From assembly GCA_030603395.1 (NCBI GenBank), contig JAUVXX010000002.1, positions 79,807 through 143,806 of the forward strand: a stretch of 64,000 nucleotides of DNA, read 5' to 3'. Positions within the stretch are counted from its first letter, which is position 1. Each line of letters begins with the position of its first letter. The position numbers were made by a program, and so were the translations under genes. The notes under the pieces are model-generated. The model was not told the DNA's origin. It saw only the letters and a program-made list of their open reading frames with translations, and did no database searches. Below, piece after piece: positions 57,203 through 64,000 of this stretch. The DNA comes from a bacterium (GTDB lineage: Bacteria; Patescibacteriota; Minisyncoccia; Minisyncoccales; CG1-02-41-26).

Positions 57203-58495
57203 TTATTGTATTAGACATATTGCTTGTAATAAATTTTTAGCGATGAAATCTGGTTTCGCGTTAAACAGTTTATCTTTTCCTCCATAGCCAGTTTTTACTA
57301 AAATAGTTTTACAGCCAGCTCGCTTGCCAGCCAATATATCGCTGGTTTTATCACCAATTAAATAAGATTTTTTTAAATCAACGTTAAATTCTTTTTTTGC
57401 TTTCAATAGCAACCCTATCTCTGGTTTTCGGCAATCACATTTAATTTTCAGCTTCGGTATTTCGCCTCGGAATCCCCTCTCGGGATGGTGGGGACAATAA
57501 TAAATAGCATCTATTTTGGCGTCTTTTTTGCCTAACTCTGTTTCTAATTTTTTATGGATGTTTGAGAGAGTTTTTTCTGTCATAAAGCCCTTGGCAAGCA
57601 TTGGTTGGTTGGTAATTAGAATAGTGAGATAGTTAGAGTCATTGATTTTTTTTATGGCTTTTGGAGCAAAATTATATATTTTTAAATCTTCTACTTCAGA
57701 GGGCTGGTCCACTTCTTTGTCAATTACTCCGTCTCGGTCAAGGAAAATAGCTTTTCTTTTATTTTTTAAGTTGAGCCGCTTAATCTTTCCTGAAGCATAA
57801 TCCTGTTTAACTTTTTTCAGACGTTCGGGTGTGCCTATATCTTTTAAGTATTCGGGAGTATTATAAGCGTAGATTTTTTGTTTGGCTTTTAATATTAAAG
57901 GTAAAATATTTTTTTCAATGTCAGATTTTTTTTGGGAAGTAATATATTTAAATATTTTTGAAGAAAAAATAAATACCGAGGCAATGCTTAAATTGCGGAA
58001 AGTTGCTCCTGAACGATGCGGTCTTATTAATAAAGATGTGATTCTACCTGTCTTATCAACCTCAACCAGATCGCTGTCAAAAGGATGGTCGTTAGGATGA
58101 ACAACAATTGAGCCAATTTTTTCCTTTTTTTGCCGATGATAATTGATAAATCTCCCAATATCAAAATTCAGCATTACATCTCCTGATAAAACTAAAAAAT
58201 CTTCCTTTATTTTTTTCTCCAATGTTTTAATGGCACCAGCTGTGCCCAAAGGTTTTTCTTCTTGGTGATAAGAAATGTTAACCTGCCATTTTCTTCCATC
58301 TCCAAAATATTCTCTTATTTGATTGCCCAAGTATCCCAAAGGCAACCAAATATCTCTGATGCCGTATTTTCTCAAGAGCATAATTTGATGTTCAAGAATC
58401 GGTTTATCACCTATTTTTATCAGGGGCTTGGGAATCTTTTTGCCGAGAGAACCCAGTCGTTTTCCCTTACCCCCGGCTAAAATTACTGCTTTCAT
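57203..58495 (-). CDS. bifunctional sugar-1-phosphate nucleotidyltransferase (HddC-like) / D,D-heptose 1,7-bisphosphate phosphatase (GmhB-like HAD)
   Basis: The N-terminus MKAVILAGGKGKRLGSLGKKIPKPLIKIGDKPILEHQI is the NTP_transferase signature. The C-terminus AIFLDRDGVIDKE...ITNQ...YYCPHHPE...CDCRKP...IGDKTSDILAG carries the HAD-IIIA GmhB motifs, including the Zn-site Cys/His. Confidence 0.8.
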   Translation of the reverse strand: MKAVILAGGKGKRLGSLGKKIPKPLIKIGDKPILEHQIMLLRKYGIRDIWLPLGYLGNQIREYFGDGRKWQVNISYHQEEKPLGTAGAIKTLEKKIKEDFLVLSGDVMLNFDIGRFINYHRQKKEKIGSIVVHPNDHPFDSDLVEVDKTGRITSLLIRPHRSGATFRNLSIASVFIFSSKIFKYITSQKKSDIEKNILPLILKAKQKIYAYNTPEYLKDIGTPERLKKVKQDYASGKIKRLNLKNKRKAIFLDRDGVIDKEVDQPSEVEDLKIYNFAPKAIKKINDSNYLTILITNQPMLAKGFMTEKTLSNIHKKLETELGKKDAKIDAIYYCPHHPERGFRGEIPKLKIKCDCRKPEIGLLLKAKKEFNVDLKKSYLIGDKTSDILAGKRAGCKTILVKTGYGGKDKLFNAKPDFIAKNLLQAICLIQ

Positions 58496-58502
58496 AGATT
58501 TT

Positions 58503-59081
58503 TCACTTAGGACCGAATATTTCTTTTTCTACTATTTCACAAATAATGTGACCAATTAAAATATGGGATTCTTGAATCCTTGGAGTGTCAGTTGAAGGTA
58601 CTTTGATTAAATAACGACATAAATCCTTCATTTTCCCGCCACTTTCTCCGGTGAACCCCACGGTAATCAGCTTTAGATTGTTTGCTGTCTCAATTGCTTT
58701 TATTATATTTGCAGAATTTCCAGAAGTTGAAATGGCAACTAAAATATCTCCTGGCCTTCCGTTGGCTTTAATGAGTCTTGAAAACACTTCTTCATAGGAA
58801 AGATCATTAGCTACTGCTGTCATAAAAGACGTATTTATATTCAAGGGTTCGACATACAAGGGTTCTCTGTCCAAATAAAACTTTCCAGAAAGCTCCCCTG
58901 CTATATGCTGGGCGTCAGCCGCACTTCCTCCATTTCCACAAAAAAGCACTTTCTTATCGTTCCTGAGGGCATCTATCATCTTCTCAGCAACCCGCTCAAT
59001 TAGTTGCAGAGTCTCTCTATCACCCAAAATCTTCTTCTTTGCTTCTATGGTATTTTTTATGGCTTGGATAATTATTGACAT
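58503..59081 (-). CDS. gmhA: phosphoheptose isomerase (sedoheptulose-7-phosphate isomerase, SIS domain)
   Basis: 192 aa. It has LFCGNGGSAADAQHIAGEL, ISTSGNS and QESHILIGHIICE. Confidence 0.85.
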   Translation of the reverse strand: MSIIIQAIKNTIEAKKKILGDRETLQLIERVAEKMIDALRNDKKVLFCGNGGSAADAQHIAGELSGKFYLDREPLYVEPLNINTSFMTAVANDLSYEEVFSRLIKANGRPGDILVAISTSGNSANIIKAIETANNLKLITVGFTGESGGKMKDLCRYLIKVPSTDTPRIQESHILIGHIICEIVEKEIFGPK

Positions 59082-60019
59082 TTTTTTATTGTTTTAATAA
59101 TGCTCTCTTCATCCAAATTATTTAATTCCAGCAAATGATTTCTATCTCCTAAATCAAAAACGTGTTTATCGTTAAAACCTAAATTTTTTACTTTGACATT
59201 TGACTGGCGGTCGCGAACTATTTTTGATAGCAAGCTATCCAATCCCCCGTTATTTATAAGTGCTTCTTCAATGGTAATAATGTATTCATATTTTTTGAGA
59301 ATCTCAAATAATAATTTCTCTGCCATGGGCTTTAACATAAACACATCAACAACTCCAACGTTCCCAAGTTTTTTTGCTGCTGCTAAAGCCCGGTGGGTCA
59401 TAAAGCCGGTGGAAACCAAACAAACTTTTTCGCCTTTCAATAATTCATAAAATCCGTTCTCTATGTTTAAATCATTAACGCCATCATAAAGAGCAGGTAA
59501 AGGTTTGCCGTCAAACCGACAGTATTTTGGTATTTTGGTGTTAATTGAATAATCAACGAACTTTTCTGCCAATCTCCAGTCACTCGGCGAAAATACCATA
59601 AAATTAGGTAAAAGCCTCATAATGCTGATATCTTCTAAACAATGGTGGGTGGGGCCGGACATATCGTAACTTAATCCTGCTCCAACCCCTATAAGATTTA
59701 CATTTACCGGTTTTATTTGTGATGATATAGATAAATTTGACCTTATCTGTTCATAGGCTCTCATAGTCAAAAAAGACGTTATGGCATAAGCGTAAACAAC
59801 ATAGCCCTCCAAAGCCAAGCCGGTAGCTATGTTTATCAAATTTTGTTCGGCAATCCCGACGTTTATAAATCTATCTCCAAATTCTTTCTTTAGTTTATCC
59901 AAACTGGGCGCGCCAAAATCGTCAGCTAAGAAAAAGAGGCGATTATTTTTTTTCATTCTTTCACAAACTCTCTCTATAAAGGCATCTCTCATTGTTTTTA
60001 TTGGCTGGGAACTGGTCAT
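59072..60019 (-). CDS. transketolase C-terminal subunit (Pyr plus TKC domains)
   Basis: 315 aa. FINVGIAEQNLINIATGLALEGYVVYAYAITSFLTMRAYEQIR...GPTHHCLEDISIMRLLPN, followed by a full TKC domain. Confidence 0.85.
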   Translation of the reverse strand: MTSSQPIKTMRDAFIERVCERMKKNNRLFFLADDFGAPSLDKLKKEFGDRFINVGIAEQNLINIATGLALEGYVVYAYAITSFLTMRAYEQIRSNLSISSQIKPVNVNLIGVGAGLSYDMSGPTHHCLEDISIMRLLPNFMVFSPSDWRLAEKFVDYSINTKIPKYCRFDGKPLPALYDGVNDLNIENGFYELLKGEKVCLVSTGFMTHRALAAAKKLGNVGVVDVFMLKPMAEKLLFEILKKYEYIITIEEALINNGGLDSLLSKIVRDRQSNVKVKNLGFNDKHVFDLGDRNHLLELNNLDEESIIKTIKKCQ

Positions 60020-60840
60020 TTTAATTCTTTAATCGCTTTATTGATTTCATTTTCTTTTAATGACTTTATGTGACACAAAGCATCGCCCTCCAACTGGGAA
60101 ACTCCCTTTCCCTTAATGGTATCAGCTATTAAGACCCTGGGGCGATTATCATGGCTTCCTGTTAAAATCTTCAATGCATTGCGCAACTTTTCTATGTGGT
60201 GACCGTCAACCAGGGCAGTTTTCCATTTAAAAGCTCGGAACTTTTCTTCCAAGGGCTCTAAATCAATGATATTTTTACAGTAGTCAAGCATAGAAATTTT
60301 ATTATTATCAACAATTAATATCAAATTATCTAATTTGTGGTGGGAGGCAAACATAACAGCTTCCCAGACCGCTCCTTCATATAATTCCCCGTCACCTGAC
60401 AAAACAAATACTTTTGAATTCAAATTTTTCTTCTTCAAGGCCAGGGCTATGCCGCAAGCCACTCCCAGGCCATGCCCTAAAGCGCCGTTTATAGTTTCAA
60501 AACCCGGGATTCTGGTATCCGGGATATCACCCAAAAAAGAACCTTTTTGCGACATCTTTGTTAGCTCCTTTTTATCAAAAAAACCAAGGTCGGCTAATAT
60601 TGAGTATAAAGAAATTGCCCCGTGTCCTTTGCTGATTATAAACCTGTCTCTTTCCTGCCAATTAGGGTTCTTGGGATTAATGTTTAAAATTTTGCCGTAG
60701 TATAAAGCAACGAATATTTCAACGTCAGATAAAGATGAGGCCAACCGAAACCCTGGAGACATTTTATAAAGGTTTAATGTTTCTCTTCTAACCCACAACG
60801 CTTTCTCTTTTAAGAAGTTGATTAAGTCCGATTTTTTCAT
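60016..60840 (-). CDS. transketolase N-terminal subunit (ThDP-binding PP domain)
   Basis: 274 aa. It has SKGHGAISLYSILA, GALGHGLGVACGIAL and the canonical ThDP motif LSGDGELYEGAVWEAVMFASHHKLDNLILIVDNNK. Confidence 0.85.
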   Translation of the reverse strand: MKKSDLINFLKEKALWVRRETLNLYKMSPGFRLASSLSDVEIFVALYYGKILNINPKNPNWQERDRFIISKGHGAISLYSILADLGFFDKKELTKMSQKGSFLGDIPDTRIPGFETINGALGHGLGVACGIALALKKKNLNSKVFVLSGDGELYEGAVWEAVMFASHHKLDNLILIVDNNKISMLDYCKNIIDLEPLEEKFRAFKWKTALVDGHHIEKLRNALKILTGSHDNRPRVLIADTIKGKGVSQLEGDALCHIKSLKENEINKAIKELK

Positions 60841-60846
60841 ATTTAT

Positions 60847-61980
60847 TTACCTTTGAAAATATTCATATAAAACACCGGAAACATAATCTAAATCTTCTTT
60901 GCTGAGATACTGATGAATTCCGAAATGTAAACCATTATCCCCAACATATTCTGCTTCAGGAAATTCTCCTAATTTATGCCCTAAAAATTCAAATGCTTTA
61001 TGTTGAGTAGGCATACTCCCAAAATTCCTCTTACACTCAATTGAATTATCTTGAAGAAACTCATACAGCTTCTTATAATTATATTTTGGATTTTTTAAGG
61101 TAATGCTAAATGCGTGTGGAGATGTCGTCTCATAAGGTTCTTCAGAGTTAAAAAACGCAAAATCCCTTAACTTTTTTGTTTTTTCTAATAAATAATTAAG
61201 GTTTTTCTTTCTTTTATTAAACACTTCCCAAAAGCTCTTTATCCCCTCTAATGTAATAGCTGCGGGAAGAATATTTATTCTGAAATTCAGTCCGTGTCTC
61301 ATATGGTCAAAATATAAAGAACCCGGCTTTCTTCCATGGCTTTTCAGGGAAGTTAGAACATCATAGATTTTAGGGTCGTTTGTAGAACACATTCCTCCAT
61401 CTCCACCAGAAATAATATGGGCTACATAATAACTAAATGTAGAAACACTCCCGAACTGTCCTATAAACTTGTCTTTATATTTAGCTCCGTGTGCTTCGCA
61501 ACAATCCTCAATTATTTTAAGATTATATTTTTTAGCAAGTTTCTGAATAACATCCATTTCACAGGGCTTTCCCATCGTATGAACTGCCATTATAGCTACT
61601 GTTCTTGAGTTTATCTTTTCTTCTATTTTTTCAGGGTCTATGTTTAATGTTTCTCTTTTAATATCTACAAAGACAGGTTTAAATCCTGCCGCAAGAACAG
61701 AGTTCCCAGCAGCGGCAAATGCCAAAGCAGGGGCAATTATCTCATCTCCTCTTTTAGCGCCGAAATCGTACAAAGCCATACAAGCAGCGATATCTGCATC
61801 TGTGCCATTACTTACGGCTACATTATACTTGTAACCAAACAGTCTTCCCCATTCTTTTTCTAATTCTTTAACTAAGTATCCACCGGAAACAAAGTTTGAA
61901 TCGAGTGCCTTATTGATAAGTTCTTTCGCCTCATCATTGATTATTAAATCTCCGAATTTTATTTTTCTGTTTGACATCAT
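60847..61980 (-). CDS. DegT-family PLP/PMP enzyme with His in place of the PLP lysine (ColD / E1-type sugar 3-dehydratase-like)
   Basis: 377 aa. It has VSNGTDADIAA and IIEDCCEAHGAKYKDKFIGQFG. The FSYYVAHIISGGDGGM segment aligns with FSFYPAKILGALGDGG (36486-37601) and FAFYPNKQIVTAEGG (44957-46423), which places H where those have K. Confidence 0.7.
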   Translation of the reverse strand: MMSNRKIKFGDLIINDEAKELINKALDSNFVSGGYLVKELEKEWGRLFGYKYNVAVSNGTDADIAACMALYDFGAKRGDEIIAPALAFAAAGNSVLAAGFKPVFVDIKRETLNIDPEKIEEKINSRTVAIMAVHTMGKPCEMDVIQKLAKKYNLKIIEDCCEAHGAKYKDKFIGQFGSVSTFSYYVAHIISGGDGGMCSTNDPKIYDVLTSLKSHGRKPGSLYFDHMRHGLNFRINILPAAITLEGIKSFWEVFNKRKKNLNYLLEKTKKLRDFAFFNSEEPYETTSPHAFSITLKNPKYNYKKLYEFLQDNSIECKRNFGSMPTQHKAFEFLGHKLGEFPEAEYVGDNGLHFGIHQYLSKEDLDYVSGVLYEYFQR

Positions 61981-62477
61981 TTATCTCTCTTGGATAAAAT
62001 AGGATTTTTTATTGGCCAGCGGATTTTAAAATTAGGGTCATTCCACTTATAGCTAAATTGACCTTTGGGTTCGTAATAAGTAGATTGCTTGTATGAAAAG
62101 ATAGCCTCCCTGCTTAAAATCAAATGGGCATTGCCGTATTTTGGCGGTATTAACACCTGAAGCCTATTTTTGTCTGACAAGATAAAAGATTGCCATTTGC
62201 CAAAATCTTTAGAATTTTTATCACAATTTACTACTACCAGCTCAAGTTTTCCGTATAGACAGGAAACCAGCTTCCAGGTTCTATTATCTCCGTGAATACC
62301 CCTTAAGACATTTTTCTTTGAAACAGAAATATCATCTTGGATAAATTTAATATCAATCCCCTTTTTTTGATAGAGTTCTTCATTGTAGGTCTCTAAAAAC
62401 TGTCCCCTAAAGTCTTCAAACACAGCTAGTTTAATAACCAAGACGTTCTTTAAATTTGTTTTTGATACTTTAATCAT
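61977..62477 (-). CDS. RmlC-like cupin sugar 3,5-epimerase
   Basis: FEDFRGQFLETYN, NVLRGIHGD and VLIPPKYGNAHL are dTDP-4-dehydrorhamnose 3,5-epimerase family motifs. The ORF-track start at 62483 is a GTG; the ATG is at 62475-62477. Confidence 0.8.
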   Translation of the reverse strand: MIKVSKTNLKNVLVIKLAVFEDFRGQFLETYNEELYQKKGIDIKFIQDDISVSKKNVLRGIHGDNRTWKLVSCLYGKLELVVVNCDKNSKDFGKWQSFILSDKNRLQVLIPPKYGNAHLILSREAIFSYKQSTYYEPKGQFSYKWNDPNFKIRWPIKNPILSKRDK

Positions 62478-62482
62478 AATCA

Positions 62483-63469
62483 CTATTCAGGACTACAGTA
62501 AATAATTTTACTGCCGTCTTTTTCAAAATTAAATTTGACCTCCAGTAAATTTTTTAATTTTTCTCTCACTTTCTGTTGGTTTTCTGGAGGAACAAAGAAA
62601 AGCATAAATCCTCCCCCGCCCGCTCCCAAGAGTTTTCCACCTACAGCTCCAGCCTTCATTGCCCTCCCGTAGATGTTATCTATCATTGGATTGCTTATTT
62701 TATTGGAAAGGCTTTTCTTTATTTGCCAGGTTTTATTAAGTAACTTTCCAAACTCCAAAATATCCTCCCTCTTATTAAGAATATTTAGTGCTTCATCAAC
62801 CATCTGATACATTACAGTTAATTCTCTTTTTTTATCGGGAGTGTTTTTAATTTGGTCTTTAGCAACATCAGAAGCAAATCGGGACAATCCCGTAAAAAAC
62901 AACATCAGGTGATTCTGTAATTTTGCCATTCTCTCTTTTTCTAAAATAACCGGCTCTATCTTAATTTTATCTTCTTTTGAAAAGGTTATTTTATTAAATC
63001 CTCCGAAGCTTACGGCAACCTGGTCCTGTGAACCAACATTTTCTCGGAGAACGTCTCTTTCTATATGAATTGCCTCTTTGGCTAACTTTTCTTTTGAAGG
63101 CATCTTACTTTTTAAGGCGTAAAGAGAATTAAGCAGGCCTACGGTAAAAGATGAACTTGAGCCCAAGCCAGCTTGGGCAGGCAGGTCTCCATCATGATGA
63201 ATTTCCATTCCTTTATCAACTTTTAAAAAATTCAAGGCTGCTTTAACTGCTGGATGTAAAATTTCATTCACATCCTTGACCGTCTCAATTTTAGACCAAA
63301 CAATTCGATGTTTATGAGGAAAAAAAGGAGGCAAATACCTAAGGGTAATGTAAGAATATTTATCAATGGTGGTAGACAAAACCGCTCCCTCATTTTCTCT
63401 ATACCAGACGGGGTAATCTGTTCCTCCGCCGAAAAAAGAAATACGAAAAGGTGTTTTGCTGATAATCAT
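62483..63469 (-). CDS. GHMP-family sugar kinase (D-glycero-D-manno-heptose 7-phosphate kinase HddA-like)
   Basis: 328 aa. It has ISKTPFRISFFGGGTD, the GHMP motif II PAQAGLGSSSSFTVGL and the C-terminal motif GGKLLGAGGGGFMLFFV. Confidence 0.75.
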   Translation of the reverse strand: MIISKTPFRISFFGGGTDYPVWYRENEGAVLSTTIDKYSYITLRYLPPFFPHKHRIVWSKIETVKDVNEILHPAVKAALNFLKVDKGMEIHHDGDLPAQAGLGSSSSFTVGLLNSLYALKSKMPSKEKLAKEAIHIERDVLRENVGSQDQVAVSFGGFNKITFSKEDKIKIEPVILEKERMAKLQNHLMLFFTGLSRFASDVAKDQIKNTPDKKRELTVMYQMVDEALNILNKREDILEFGKLLNKTWQIKKSLSNKISNPMIDNIYGRAMKAGAVGGKLLGAGGGGFMLFFVPPENQQKVREKLKNLLEVKFNFEKDGSKIIYCSPE

Positions 63470-64000
63470 AAAATCTTTTTGTTTAAATTAGTTTTATGCC
63501 AATCCATTGTCCTTTTTATTCCTTCATCTAAAGAAATCTTAGGAAACCAGCCAAGAGAATTTTTTGCTTTAGATGTATCCAGACACAATTTTGTTTTTAT
63601 AGTAGGTTTGGACTTGTCGTATTCTATTTTAATGTTCTTACCCGAACAGACAATGATTTTCTTCACCAGATCACTGACAGAAATAGAAGTACTTAAACCA
63701 ATATTATAAAGTTCAAATTTTGATTTCTGCTTTTTAATCGCTATTCCTACAAAATTCACTAGGTCAGAAATATACAAGAGATCTCTCTCTTCTTCCCCTG
63801 TGCCCCAGACCACAATTTTTCCATTTTTAGCAGTTAAAACCTTAGTCATAGTTGCACCAAAAACATGTGATTTTTCTAAATCAAATTTATCGTATGGACC
63901 ATAGATGTTGGAATGTCTAATAACCGTATATTTAGTATCCCCTATCCTGGAATAAAATTCACACATCTTTTCAATGTAGACCTTTGTCCAGCCCACACCA
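63466..64000 (-). CDS. NAD(P)-dependent epimerase/reductase, GDP-L-fucose synthase (Fcl/ColC)-like; C-terminal part only, as the gene continues past the window end
   Basis: The frame is open to the window edge. IRHSNIYGPYDKFDLEKSHVFGATMTKV...KIVVWGTGEEERDLLYISDLV matches the Fcl pattern NLYGPxDNFxxxxSHVxPAxI...VWGxGxPxREFLxVDD. Confidence 0.7.
   Translation of the reverse strand, partial: GVGWTKVYIEKMCEFYSRIGDTKYTVIRHSNIYGPYDKFDLEKSHVFGATMTKVLTAKNGKIVVWGTGEEERDLLYISDLVNFVGIAIKKQKSKFELYNIGLSTSISVSDLVKKIIVCSGKNIKIEYDKSKPTIKTKLCLDTSKAKNSLGWFPKISLDEGIKRTMDWHKTNLNKKIL

Noticed and set aside
1-64000. Searched by eye for transposases, integrases, phage genes, toxin-antitoxin pairs, restriction-modification or other known defence systems, and rRNA genes
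   Set aside because: No translated ORF shows a DDE/HUH, tyrosine- or serine-recombinase, capsid/terminase, PIN/RelE-type or methylase/endonuclease signature, and there is no rRNA-like sequence. The only candidates for mobility are the small palindromic and heptamer repeats and the compositional patches reported as findings.

Overview
This 64-kb window is from a streamlined, AT-rich bacterial genome. Its gene content and architecture look like Patescibacteria/CPR of the Parcubacteria type, which is an inference. I call about 62 protein genes. All but two are on the minus strand, and most abut or overlap by 1-17 nt.

Positions 1-32.5 kb are core genome:
- Glycolysis: gap (partial at the window edge and absent from the ORF track), gpmA, eno, pgk.
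- Redox: a glutaredoxin-like protein, trxB and a Trx-fold lipoprotein-like protein.
- Metabolism: nnr, galU, folD-glyA.
- Division and envelope: ftsZ, ftsE/ftsX, an ftsB-like gene, murJ, murB.
- Translation and secretion: prfB without the programmed frameshift, and secA-secD-secF-hpf.
- Nucleases: rnhA and a DHH phosphoesterase.
- A TraD/VirD4-like ATPase with a membrane partner and a sigma-region-4/HARE-HTH protein.
- RNA genes not visible in the ORF track: tRNA-Gln(CUG), tRNA-Thr(CGU), tRNA-Gly(CCC) and an RNase P RNA with a near-consensus promoter.

Positions 32.5-64 kb form a visibly more AT-rich glycan island with three parts:
- A translationally coupled pgl-like operon: Wzy_C/TPR protein, PglF/CapD-like dehydratase, DegT aminotransferase, a divergent split transketolase, a PglC-like phosphoglycosyltransferase and a methyltransferase.
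- A nonulosonic-acid block: CBS-aminotransferase, acetyltransferase, neuC, a frameshifted neuB, an amidotransferase and a NeuB-like/cytidylyltransferase fusion.
- A GDP-heptose / 3,6-dideoxy-type block: split transketolase, gmhA, a hddC-gmhB fusion, a GHMP kinase, a ColD-like His-for-Lys PLP enzyme, an RmlC-like protein and an Fcl-like SDR.

The most unusual sequence-level observations are:
- A GC-rich two-tier palindromic element sits inside both Wzy_C/TPR paralogues but is read in different frames.
- A family of heptanucleotide tandem repeats (TTGACAT, TTTGGAT, ATGATTC, AATTAAG) occupies intergenic spacers and the murB coding sequence.
- A 13-nt motif lies just upstream of two unrelated genes.
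- A 19-nt hairpin recurs at two sites.
- Four perfect hairpins plus an SD-preceded 14-codon ORF lie in front of the methyltransferase.
- Two single-A frame anomalies occur in the island: one in neuB and one that fuses two tandem glycosyltransferase paralogues.

I found no transposase, integrase, CRISPR array or rRNA.
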